Source: a virus
Lineage: Duplodnaviria > Caudoviricetes
Length of the DNA stretch: 31,071 nucleotides
IMG/VR virus record: IMGVR_UViG_3300031965_000659
Location: 1-31,071 of that record
Reading direction: 5' to 3' (one strand)
Shown here: positions 7,683-16,471 of the stretch, one piece after another
Layout of the letters: every line of letters begins with the position of its first letter
How positions within the stretch are numbered: position 1 is the first letter of the stretch
Notes under the pieces: model-generated
What the model saw: the letters and a program-made list of their open reading frames with translations, nothing else
Databases searched by the model: none
What the model was told of the DNA's origin: nothing
Made by a program: the position numbers and the translations under genes

Positions 7683-8759
7683 ATGAACAGCTGGTACACG
7701 ATCCGCGCCGAAAGCACCGGCGCGGAGGTGGTGATCTATGACGAAATCGGGGCTTACGGGGTCTCGGCGAAGGGGTTTCTGGCGGAACTGGGCGCGCTGC
7801 CGGATGCCACGCCGCTGGCGCTGCGGCTGAACAGCCCGGGCGGCTCGGTGTTCGATGCGGTCGCGATCTACAACGCGATCAAGCGCCATACCGGCATGGT
7901 CACTGTCTGGATCGACGGCATTGCCGCCTCGGCTGCCTCCTATATCGCCATGGCGGGCGACGAGATCGTCATGCCGGAAAATGCCTTCCTGATGATCCAT
8001 GATCCGGCCGGCATGGTCATGGGCACCGCCATCGACATGCGCGCGATGGCCGAGGCGCTGGACAAGATCAAGGGAAGCCTGCTGCAGGGCTATGCCGCCA
8101 AGTCGGGGCGGCCGCAGGAAGAAATCGCCCCCTTGATGGCAGCGGAAACCTGGCTCGATGCCAAGGACGCGCTGGACCTCGGCTTTGCCGACCGGATTGC
8201 CGGGCCGGTCCGGATCGCGGCACGGTTCGACGTGGGGCGGTTTCGCAATGCACCGCCCGCGTTGATCGAGGTGGATGCTGAGATTGCGGGCGAGACGGCG
8301 GACGAAGACACCTCTGGCAATGTTGCGGCAATCGGCGATACGGACGAAGAGGCTGCGCCTTCCGATCCTGCCGCCGCCGATCCAGCAGCAGGCATCAGAG
8401 GCGACGCCACCATCGAAACAGAGGGGTTGGGGCCGCCCGCCGAACCTGATCCTCCCGCAGATCCCAGCGTGCCGTCAGTGGAAAAGGATGCAGTCAGCGC
8501 CATTGCCGCCAACATCCGCGCCGAAGCTCTGACCCATGCCCGCGCTGTCGTTGATCTCTGCCGTCTCGCCGGGCAGCCACAGATGGCGGGTCGCTTTCTC
8601 GAGCGCGACGCCGGTCTCGACGATGTGCGCGCAGCATTGCTGGCCCATCGCGTGGGGGAAGAACCCGACATCTCCGCCGCCCATCCGCAACCCGGCCGCC
8701 CGTCTGGCGCGCGCCCCTGGGGCGATGTCATTGCCCGCACCTTCCGTCTGAAAGGATAG
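7683..8759 (+). CDS. ClpP-like prohead protease with acidic linker and scaffold-like C-terminus
   Basis: LNSPGG, IDGIAASAAS (Ser), MIHDP (His), ETWL; AGGAGG RBS before ATG 7683. Confidence 0.92.
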   Translation: MNSWYTIRAESTGAEVVIYDEIGAYGVSAKGFLAELGALPDATPLALRLNSPGGSVFDAVAIYNAIKRHTGMVTVWIDGIAASAASYIAMAGDEIVMPENAFLMIHDPAGMVMGTAIDMRAMAEALDKIKGSLLQGYAAKSGRPQEEIAPLMAAETWLDAKDALDLGFADRIAGPVRIAARFDVGRFRNAPPALIEVDAEIAGETADEDTSGNVAAIGDTDEEAAPSDPAAADPAAGIRGDATIETEGLGPPAEPDPPADPSVPSVEKDAVSAIAANIRAEALTHARAVVDLCRLAGQPQMAGRFLERDAGLDDVRAALLAHRVGEEPDISAAHPQPGRPSGARPWGDVIARTFRLKG

Positions 8760-8763
8760 ACCC

Positions 8764-9129
8764 ATGCCGATCCTCACCGAAACCCCGCACGCGGGTGGCT
8801 TTCTTGTCTGGGAAGCGCTTCGCGACTATTGCCGCAGCACCGTCATCCTTGCCTCTGGAAACCTGCAACCCGGCACCATTCTGGGCAAGATCACCGCCTC
8901 GGGCAAATACGCCGCCCACGATCCCGCCACCACCGACGGCACGGAGACGGCGGCGGCCATCCTCTGGGACAGCGTCGATGCCAGCGGTGGCGACACCAAC
9001 GCCGTGGTGCTGATCCGCGGCCCCGCCATCGTCAATCAGCATGAGATCAGCATCCCCGGCACGCCCACCGCGCCGCAGATCGCTGCCGCCCATGCGGCCC
9101 TGCTGACGCTCGGCATCCTCGTCCGCTAA
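8764..9129 (+). CDS. Head decoration protein
   Basis: GTILGKITASGKY...DGTETAAAIL; between protease and capsid. Confidence 0.85.
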   Translation: MPILTETPHAGGFLVWEALRDYCRSTVILASGNLQPGTILGKITASGKYAAHDPATTDGTETAAAILWDSVDASGGDTNAVVLIRGPAIVNQHEISIPGTPTAPQIAAAHAALLTLGILVR

Positions 9130-9152
9130 TTCCCCAAATCAGGAGGCACCCC

Positions 9153-10166
9153 ATGGCCAGCATGGACATCTTCGAAGGCGATGCCTTCTCGATCATCGAA
9201 CTCACCCGCGCGCTCGAGAACATCCCCTACAAGCCCGCCACCCTGTCCGGGTCGGGCCTGTTCGGGCCGCGCGGCGTCCGCTCGCGCACCGTCGTCATCG
9301 AGAGCCGCGATGGCACGCTGTCGCTGATCCCGTTCTCGGAGCGCGGCTCGGCTTATGACCAGCAGGTCCCCGAACGCCGCGATGTGCGGGCCTTCGTCTG
9401 CCGCCAGTTCAAGAAACAGGACGTGATCTGGGCCTCGGAAATCCAACAGGTCCGCGACTTCGGCACCGAGTCCGCCACCCAGCAGGTTCAGGCCGAAGTC
9501 GCGCGCAAGCTGGGCCGGTTGCGCAACGACGCCGAGACCACCTTCGAATATCACCTGTTCAACGGCATCCAGGGGCTGGTGAAAGACCCGCGCGACGGCG
9601 CCACCGTAGTCAACTACTTCACCGAGTTCGGCATCGCCCCGGCAGCAGAAGTGGATTTTGATCTCGACAACGCCACCCCGGCCTCGGGCGCATTGCGCAA
9701 ACGCTGCCAGGCGCTGATCGAAAGCGTCGAGGATACGATGGGCGGCCTTGCCACCGGCGCCATCGCGCTGCGCGCCGAATGCGGCTCGGCCTTCTTCGCC
9801 GATCTGGTGGCGCACAAGGAGGTGCGCGAGACCTACCTCAACACCGCAGCCGCTGCAGATCTGCGGTCGCGCATCGCCGATGAGGTCAGCTTCGGCGGCA
9901 TCACCTTCCGCCGTTACCGGGGCGGGGCAGGCTTCGGGGTCGCAACCGACAAGGCGGTGTTCTACCCCGAGGCCGTCGACGGCCTGTTCGAAATCTACCA
10001 CGCCCCCGCCGATACGTTCGAGACGGTGAACACGCTGGGCCAGCCGCTTTACGCGCGGATGATCCCCGACCGGGATCGCGACGAATGGGTCCGCCTCGAG
10101 ATCGAAAGCAATCCGCTGCCGATCTGCACCCGCCCGCAGGTGCTGCGGTCCGCACGGCGGACGTGA
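9153..10166 (+). CDS. Major capsid protein, lambda E family
   Basis: 337 aa, C-terminal ESNPLPICTRP; AGGAGG RBS. Confidence 0.92.
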   Translation: MASMDIFEGDAFSIIELTRALENIPYKPATLSGSGLFGPRGVRSRTVVIESRDGTLSLIPFSERGSAYDQQVPERRDVRAFVCRQFKKQDVIWASEIQQVRDFGTESATQQVQAEVARKLGRLRNDAETTFEYHLFNGIQGLVKDPRDGATVVNYFTEFGIAPAAEVDFDLDNATPASGALRKRCQALIESVEDTMGGLATGAIALRAECGSAFFADLVAHKEVRETYLNTAAAADLRSRIADEVSFGGITFRRYRGGAGFGVATDKAVFYPEAVDGLFEIYHAPADTFETVNTLGQPLYARMIPDRDRDEWVRLEIESNPLPICTRPQVLRSARRT

Positions 10167-10477
10167 TGAACGCCTTTGCCGCCGCCATTGGCGCGCTCTT
10201 CGCCGATCCGAACATGGGGCGCGACGCGGTCTACATCGCCGATGGCGGCGCGCCCGTTCTGGTGCGCGTCGTCGCCCGGCGTGCCGATGCCGTCAGCGAC
10301 TTCGGCGATGCCCGGCTCTGGTCTGAAACCACCCGCATCGACCTGCGCGTCGCCGAGGTGGCAAATCCGCGCCCCGGCGACCGCATCGAGATCGACGGGG
10401 ACGCCTTTCTCATTCAGGGCGAGCCGGTCCGTGATCGCGAGCGGCTGGTCTGGACTGTCGATCTACGCCCGGTGTGA
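10166..10477 (+). CDS. Head-tail joining protein
   Basis: TGATG coupling to capsid; PRPGDRIEIDG motif; 103 aa. Confidence 0.7.
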   Translation: MNAFAAAIGALFADPNMGRDAVYIADGGAPVLVRVVARRADAVSDFGDARLWSETTRIDLRVAEVANPRPGDRIEIDGDAFLIQGEPVRDRERLVWTVDLRPV

Positions 10478-10482
10478 ACGCG

Positions 10483-11115
10483 ATGAAACTAAAGCTCGAA
10501 ATCCAACCCTACATCGTCGCCATGATGGCAGCCGAGGTCGCTGCTGGCGAACGCGCGGTCACCGCCGCCATGCGCGTAGCCGGAACTGGTCTGAAAGCCG
10601 CCTGGCGCACGCAGATCACCGGCGCGGGGCTGGGCACCCGCCTCGCCAACTCAATCCGCCTCGCCAGCTTCCCAAAGTCGGGCGAGAGCCTGAACGCGGC
10701 CGCGCTGGTCTGGTCCAACGCTCCGGTGATCATCGGCGCGCATGACACAGGGCCGCTGATCCGGTCGAAAAACGGGTTCTGGCTGGCAATCCCCACGCCA
10801 GCGGCGGGCAAATCCACGCGCGGCGGCCGGATGACTCCCGGAGAATGGGAACGCCGCACTGGGCTGCGCCTGCGGTTCATCTATCGCCGGAGGGCCCCCA
10901 GCCTGTTGGTGGCCGAGGGGCGGCTGAACACCAAGGGCCGCGCAGTGGCGTCCCGGTCGAAGGCAGGCCGGGGCGTCGTCACCGCGCCGGTCTTCCTGCT
11001 GGTGCCGCAGGTCAAGCTGCCCAAGCGGCTGGATCTGGCGCGGGATGCCGAGCGGGCACATGGCGCTGTGGCGGGGCTGATCGTGGCGAACTGGGTGGAG
11101 GGACGGATACGGTGA
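10483..11115 (+). CDS. Neck/tail-completion protein (DUF6441-like)
   Basis: Basic 210-aa protein, WRTQITGAGLG, WLAIPT, LVPQVKLPKRLDL; position after head-tail joining gene. Confidence 0.65.
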   Translation: MKLKLEIQPYIVAMMAAEVAAGERAVTAAMRVAGTGLKAAWRTQITGAGLGTRLANSIRLASFPKSGESLNAAALVWSNAPVIIGAHDTGPLIRSKNGFWLAIPTPAAGKSTRGGRMTPGEWERRTGLRLRFIYRRRAPSLLVAEGRLNTKGRAVASRSKAGRGVVTAPVFLLVPQVKLPKRLDLARDAERAHGAVAGLIVANWVEGRIR

Positions 11116-11426
11116 AATGACGTTAACAGACAGAACCCGCCCTTCCCAGATCGACCGGATTTGGGAGTTCAGGGCGGATGCGGTCATTCTTTGCGACGCG
11201 GCTCGGTGAAACGGCAGCGCAGAAATCAGCCGCTCGCCGCAGAAACGGCGTTTCTTGCTTGTGAAGGCGATGACGCATTTCATGCTGGAGGTTGATCTGG
11301 AAGACAGGGGCGGAGCATATAGATTCACGGATCTGGTGACCCTGACGAATGTTACCATCCTGACGGACAAAGCCGCGCGGGACGCCAGCGGCTCGATCAT
11401 AACTTAACCAGGACAGGATTTTTCAG

Positions 11427-12359
11427 ATGCCGTGCGGCCACATCGAATTTGGATTTCTGCCGACGCCGCTCCAGTTTTCGCGTGGTGATATCTCTGTCGC
11501 GCCCCTTGTGGATGGGCTGGACAAGGTTAGTGAGGTCCGCTTATCCCCCCATGTTCACAAAGACTGGCGTTACGCTCCGCCCTCGGGCGCTCACGATATT
11601 GTCAGAGATCAGGTGGCCGAGCACCCATATCCTGCCCGCGTCTTCGGGCTACCCCATACGCATCGGCTGTGGCATTCAAGCGATGACGACCGTGACCATC
11701 TGGATTTCCTCATTTGGTGTCTAGGCTTCTTTGAGGGGCTTCGTCTCACAACGTTCGAGGCAGGTTACCTCGATGCGACGCCGATCAAGAAGGGCGCGCT
11801 GACCGACTTCGTTTTGACGGGCGGCTCAACTCCGGCCAATGCCATCGAGCTTGCGGAGAAATTTTGGACCGACCACGCGTCTTACCCCAGGCGAACGAAA
11901 CGAATGGTAGGGATCATTCACAGCCTGTTTCTGGCGCAAAACCCGAACCATCTTCAATTTGAGGCCTTTTCGTATCTCTACATGGCGCTGGATGCCTGTT
12001 TCAAACTGACATGCGATTTACGGGGCGCGCCAAGGGGGCTGAGCCACGCAGCACGTATTGAATGGACCTGCCAGCAATTTGGCATGCCGGTCCCGAACTG
12101 GGCGGCAAGCACACCGGGCAACGGGAGTCAGATTTCGACAGTCCGGAACGACACAATCCACGAGGCGCTGTTCTTCGATGAACCGCTCGGCTTTGTGACC
12201 TATGGGGGACGCACTCCGCCTGTGAATCAGCAGAACGTGCCACTGCAAATGATTGCTCTGACATGCCGTCTGGTTGTCGCATTACTTGGGAAGCCGGACG
12301 CAGCGCATGTGAAGAGTGCCGTAAGCACACGTCAGAAATCCGGCCTCAAACTCACCTGA
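11427..12359 (+). CDS. Hypothetical protein with probable C-terminal HEPN domain
   Basis: FSYLYMALD helix followed by RNDTIH (Rx4H); AGGA RBS; more A/T-ending codons than flanking phage genes. Confidence 0.55.
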   Translation: MPCGHIEFGFLPTPLQFSRGDISVAPLVDGLDKVSEVRLSPHVHKDWRYAPPSGAHDIVRDQVAEHPYPARVFGLPHTHRLWHSSDDDRDHLDFLIWCLGFFEGLRLTTFEAGYLDATPIKKGALTDFVLTGGSTPANAIELAEKFWTDHASYPRRTKRMVGIIHSLFLAQNPNHLQFEAFSYLYMALDACFKLTCDLRGAPRGLSHAARIEWTCQQFGMPVPNWAASTPGNGSQISTVRNDTIHEALFFDEPLGFVTYGGRTPPVNQQNVPLQMIALTCRLVVALLGKPDAAHVKSAVSTRQKSGLKLT

Positions 12360-12562
12360 TGCGAGAATTCTGAGTTAAGTGCGCAGGCAGGAAGTGCGCC
12401 GTAGTGCATGGCCATTCTCGCACACGCAGCGGAAGTCCTGTCTTGACGTGCCGCACCGCAGCTTGGGCTGGGTGAACGGCAGGTCAGGGCCGACCTAGCG
12501 GGTTGCATGGACATGTTCCGGACATCCATGCCAAGTTGTAATCGGGAACTTAGGGGACAACG

Positions 12563-13360
12563 ATGGCAAATGAGAACAACCAGACCCTGGCGCTGCTGAT
12601 CGATGGCGACAACGCTTCGCCGAAGATTGTTGGCGGTTTGCTTGCGGAGATCGCGAACTACGGCACGGCGAGCGTAAAGCGGATCTACGGTGACTGGACC
12701 AAGCCGAACCTCAATGGCTGGAAAGACTGCCTGCTAGAGCATTCGATTCAGCCTGTTCAGCAGTTTGCCTACACTACCGGCAAGAATGCGACTGATGGTG
12801 CGATGATCATTGATGCGATGGATTTGCTCTATACCGGGCGGTTTTCCGGGTTCTGCATCGTCTCCAGTGACAGTGACTTTGCCCGACTTGCGGCCCGCGT
12901 CCGGGAGCAGGGCGTAACTGTCTATGGCTTTGGCGAACGAAAGACGCCTCGCCCCTTCATCACCGCTTGCGACAAGTTCGTCTATTTCGATGTCTTGAAC
13001 GCGCCCGTGGCCGATCAGAGTGAGGCGCGGGATAATAAGGATACTGGACTGCTCGCCTCTCTCGGGGCGCCTGCACCCAAGCCTGCTCCTGTGAAAACCG
13101 CGCTCGACGCCGCGGCAATCGACATGCTTGTTAAGGCGATCAGTGCGACGGCCGAGGACGATGGCCAGGCGAATCTCGCGAAAGTCGGGGCACATCTCGC
13201 CAAGCAGGCTCCAGACTTCGATGCCCGTAACTATGGATTTCCAAGGTTGACGAATCTGGTAGAGGCTTCGGGTATCGCTGAAGTGAAGCGCGTCGGGGAG
13301 AACCCGACCATCGTTCGTGTGCGTCTCCGAACTGATAAAACCTCAGTTCGCAACACGTAG
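12563..13360 (+). CDS. NYN-domain (LabA/DUF88) RNase with C-terminal OST-HTH/LOTUS domain
   Basis: LIDGDN, GKNATD, VSSDSDF, VYGFG; C-terminal FDARNYGFPRL. Confidence 0.9.
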   Translation: MANENNQTLALLIDGDNASPKIVGGLLAEIANYGTASVKRIYGDWTKPNLNGWKDCLLEHSIQPVQQFAYTTGKNATDGAMIIDAMDLLYTGRFSGFCIVSSDSDFARLAARVREQGVTVYGFGERKTPRPFITACDKFVYFDVLNAPVADQSEARDNKDTGLLASLGAPAPKPAPVKTALDAAAIDMLVKAISATAEDDGQANLAKVGAHLAKQAPDFDARNYGFPRLTNLVEASGIAEVKRVGENPTIVRVRLRTDKTSVRNT

Positions 13361-13545
13361 ACCGAACGTTCTCGCTGCAATAATTACGAATGACCGGTCT
13401 GAGAAATCTGCCAAGGGCAGTTGGTCGAGGCTGAACTTCCGCAATGGGCGGCCTGCGTCAGCTTGAATGGATGTGCAAGCTGGCCCATGATTGCGACGGG
13501 GTGCGGGGCGGCCCCGTTTTGAGCGGCAAGCCTGAGGGTGCGGGC

Positions 13546-14166
13546 ATGTGCGGTCGTTTTGTTGACCCCAATCTGCGGGGCACGGAACTCGAATACTCTG
13601 AACTCAAGATCACGCCATTCCCGCGTCGCTTCAACGTAGCACCGACGAATGATGTGCTGATCTTTGCCAAGGAGCCGCTTGAGGCGATGATCGCCCGCTG
13701 GTGGCTGGTGCCCGCGTGGCACAAGGGCGAGTTGCGCGACTGGAAGGCCAGCACCTTCAACGCCCGGATCGAGGATGCAAAGGACAAGCCCGCGTTCCGC
13801 GCGGTCTGGCGCCATGGGCGGTGCCTGATCCCTGTCAGCGGCTTTTATGAATGGACGGGGCAGAAGGGCGCCAGGCAGCCGCATTTCATCCGCTCTGCCG
13901 GGAACGAGGCGACGCTCTGGTTTGCCGGGCTTGCCTTGCGCTGGCACGATCTGCTGACCTGCACGATCATGACACGGGAGGCCAATGCCGCGATGGCCGG
14001 GCTGCACAGCCGAATGCCGGTGATCCTGAATTCCGAAGAACGCGAGGCGTGGCTGGGTGGGAGTGATGATCTGCTGATCGGGGCGGGGGTGGAGATTCGC
14101 CACCACCCGGTGCGGAAATTCGGGTCGCAGGACGACGGGCCTGAGTTGATCGAGCCGATTGTCTAG
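13546..14166 (+). CDS. SOS response-associated peptidase (SRAP/YedK family)
   Basis: Starts MCGRF (Cys2); RFNVAPT, FNARIE, GFYEW, HSRMPVIL. Confidence 0.93.
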   Translation: MCGRFVDPNLRGTELEYSELKITPFPRRFNVAPTNDVLIFAKEPLEAMIARWWLVPAWHKGELRDWKASTFNARIEDAKDKPAFRAVWRHGRCLIPVSGFYEWTGQKGARQPHFIRSAGNEATLWFAGLALRWHDLLTCTIMTREANAAMAGLHSRMPVILNSEEREAWLGGSDDLLIGAGVEIRHHPVRKFGSQDDGPELIEPIV

Positions 14167-14391
14167 AGTTTCGGCAAAGGTGAGGCTCTCGCGTGGTTTT
14201 GTCCGAATATCGGTTGTGCTGAGGCGTTTGGATACTTGGCCGACTCGGCAGGGCCGTTCTCGGCAAGCCGTCGGCCTGTCTGCGAACGACGGCTCCGGAC
14301 CGTCCTTGCTACGTCCCAGTGGCACAGCGGACGAGCGTGACGAGACTGGAATCGACTTTCAATTCATCAGAATGTTCGGCCGCGAGCGCAC

Positions 14392-14814
14392 ATGACCACC
14401 ATCCGCGAAACCATCCTCGCCGCGCTGCACGCGCGGCTGCAAACCCTTGCCGCCACGGCCCTGCGCGATGATGTGCTGCCCGAGCGGATCCCGCCCTCCG
14501 GCCTGATCATCCTGCGCGATGGCCAACCCGGCGAGCCGGAGGTGACACTGTCGCCGCTGCGCTACCATTACCAGCACCGGGCAGAGCTGGAGGTCGTTGT
14601 CCAAGCGGCGAATGACCGGGCCACGGCCTTCGACAGCCTGATCGCCGCGATCGGAACCGCGCTTGCGGCCGACCGCACGCTTGGCGGCCTCTGCGACTGG
14701 ATTGAGGCCGAAGCACCCGCCTCGGTCGACTTGCCCGTCGAGGGTGCCGCAACCTTGAAGGCGGCGGTGATCACCGTCGTGCTGCATTACACCACCGCCG
14801 ACCCGCTGAGCTGA
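14392..14814 (+). CDS. Probable tail terminator
   Basis: 140 aa directly before tail tube; RETILAAL, DRTLGGLCDW. Confidence 0.65.
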   Translation: MTTIRETILAALHARLQTLAATALRDDVLPERIPPSGLIILRDGQPGEPEVTLSPLRYHYQHRAELEVVVQAANDRATAFDSLIAAIGTALAADRTLGGLCDWIEAEAPASVDLPVEGAATLKAAVITVVLHYTTADPLS

Positions 14815-14850
14815 TCCCGGCACGATCCCACCCACAACAAGGAGGCAAAC

Positions 14851-15789
14851 ATGGCACGTGCGCAAGGCGCGCGGGCGCAGATGGCGCTCGGCTTTGAGAC
14901 GGTTTACGGCAATCCGCCGGTCGGTGGGTTCACCAGAATGCCCTTTGCCAGCACCTCGCTGGGATCGGAGCAGCCGCTGCTGAAAAGCGAATTGCTCGGC
15001 TATGGCCGCGATCCCCTGGCCCCGATCAAGGACGCGGTCACCGCCGATGGCGATGTTGTGGTGCCGATCGATGCCGAGGCTTTCGGGTTCTGGCTGAAGG
15101 CGGCGTTCGGAGATCCGATCACCTCTGGCGCGGGCCCCTACACCCATGAATTCCGCTCCGGCGGCTGGACCCTGCCGTCGATGTCGATCGAGACCGGCAT
15201 GCCCGAGGTGCCGCGCTATGCCATGTATTCTGGCTGTGTGCTGGATCAGCTCAGCTGGCAGGTGCAGCGCTCGGGATTGCTGACCGCGACGGCGCGGCTG
15301 GTGGCACAGGGCGAGACGATCAGCACCACGACCGGTGCAGGCACGCCCACTGACCTGGCGCTGAAGCGGTTCGGCCATTTCAACGCAGCGATCAGCCGCA
15401 ATGGCACGACCCTGGGGAACGTGGTCTCGGCCGAAATCACCTATGCCAACAACCTCGACCGCATCGAGACCATCCGCAGCGATGGCAAGATCGACGGGGC
15501 CGACCCCTCCATCGCCGCACTGACCGGCCGCATCGAAGTGCGCTTCGCCGACAGCACGCTGGTGACGCAGGCGATCAACGGCGATCCCTGCGAAATCGGC
15601 TTCGCCTATGCCCTGCTGACCGGCGAAAGCTTCACCTTCACCGCCCACGCCGTCTACCTGCCGCGCCCCCGGATCGAGATTTCCGGGCCGCAAGGCGTGC
15701 AAGCGACATTCGACTGGCAGGCGGCGCGCGATGCCGCGCTTGGCCGCATGTGCACCGCAACCCTGATCAATGACATCGAGGCCTACTGA
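14851..15789 (+). CDS. Tail tube (major tail) protein
   Basis: 312 aa, AAGGAGG RBS, position before chaperone and tape measure. Confidence 0.85.
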   Translation: MARAQGARAQMALGFETVYGNPPVGGFTRMPFASTSLGSEQPLLKSELLGYGRDPLAPIKDAVTADGDVVVPIDAEAFGFWLKAAFGDPITSGAGPYTHEFRSGGWTLPSMSIETGMPEVPRYAMYSGCVLDQLSWQVQRSGLLTATARLVAQGETISTTTGAGTPTDLALKRFGHFNAAISRNGTTLGNVVSAEITYANNLDRIETIRSDGKIDGADPSIAALTGRIEVRFADSTLVTQAINGDPCEIGFAYALLTGESFTFTAHAVYLPRPRIEISGPQGVQATFDWQAARDAALGRMCTATLINDIEAY

Positions 15790-16244
15790 TGATCCGTCTG
15801 AACCTGACCGCCACCCCGCAATGGTTGACCCTCGTCCCGGGCCTGCGCCTGCTGGTCGCCCCGTTGACCACCGCGCTGATGGTCTCGGCCCGCGCCGATC
15901 CGGCCATCGAAGCTCTGCCCGAAGGCGCAAGCCAAGAACAACTGGCCCTCGCCATGGCCAAGGCCGTCGCGCGTCGCGCGGTGCTGGATTGGGAAGGCGT
16001 CGGCGACGACGCGGGCGAGATCGTGCCCGTTTCGCCCGAAGGGATCGACGCCCTTCTGGAAATCTGGCCGGTCTTCGAAGCCTTCCAGACCCAATACGTC
16101 GCCAAGGGTCTGATCCTGGACGCGGAAAAAAACGTCTCCGCGCCCTTGCCGACTGGTCCTTCGGCGGGGGCGACCGGTACTGCGCGGCCTGCGAGCCCTG
16201 CGAGGGCCGCGGTGGGCGCTGCCCCGACTGCCCCGCAAGACTGA
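15789..16244 (+). CDS. Tail assembly chaperone (gpG-like)
   Basis: Between tube and tape measure; VLDWEGV motif; contains A AAA AAC slippery site. Confidence 0.8.
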   Translation: MIRLNLTATPQWLTLVPGLRLLVAPLTTALMVSARADPAIEALPEGASQEQLALAMAKAVARRAVLDWEGVGDDAGEIVPVSPEGIDALLEIWPVFEAFQTQYVAKGLILDAEKNVSAPLPTGPSAGATGTARPASPARAAVGAAPTAPQD

Positions 16245-16471
16245 ACCGGCCACTGACGCATGAGGGTTGGCAAGTCTGGGATCTGGTCGGCCGTCTTGGC
16301 GGCCAGTTGCGGGTGATCCCCGGCGCGGTCTTGGGCTGGGACATGGGCGCGGCCCTCGCCATGGCCCGCGCCCTCGGCATCGACACCCTGATCGCGGCCG
16401 AACTGCTGCCCGAGATCGAGGCGGTCATGGTGCGCCGCTCAAACGAACAGATCGGAGACGGCCATGGCTGA
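16133..16471 (+). CDS. -1 frameshift extension of chaperone (gpT-like), Cys-rich
   Basis: -1 frame open from slippery site to TGA 16471, overlapping the tape measure start; RLRALADWSFGGGDRYCAAC...CPDCP. Confidence 0.75.
   Translation, partial: RLRALADWSFGGGDRYCAACEPCEGRGGRCPDCPARLNRPLTHEGWQVWDLVGRLGGQLRVIPGAVLGWDMGAALAMARALGIDTLIAAELLPEIEAVMVRRSNEQIGDGHG

Noticed and set aside
8270-8500. Acidic Pro/Ala-rich stretch in the protease
   Set aside because: Consistent with an ordinary disordered linker between protease and scaffold; no discrete DNA repeat seen.
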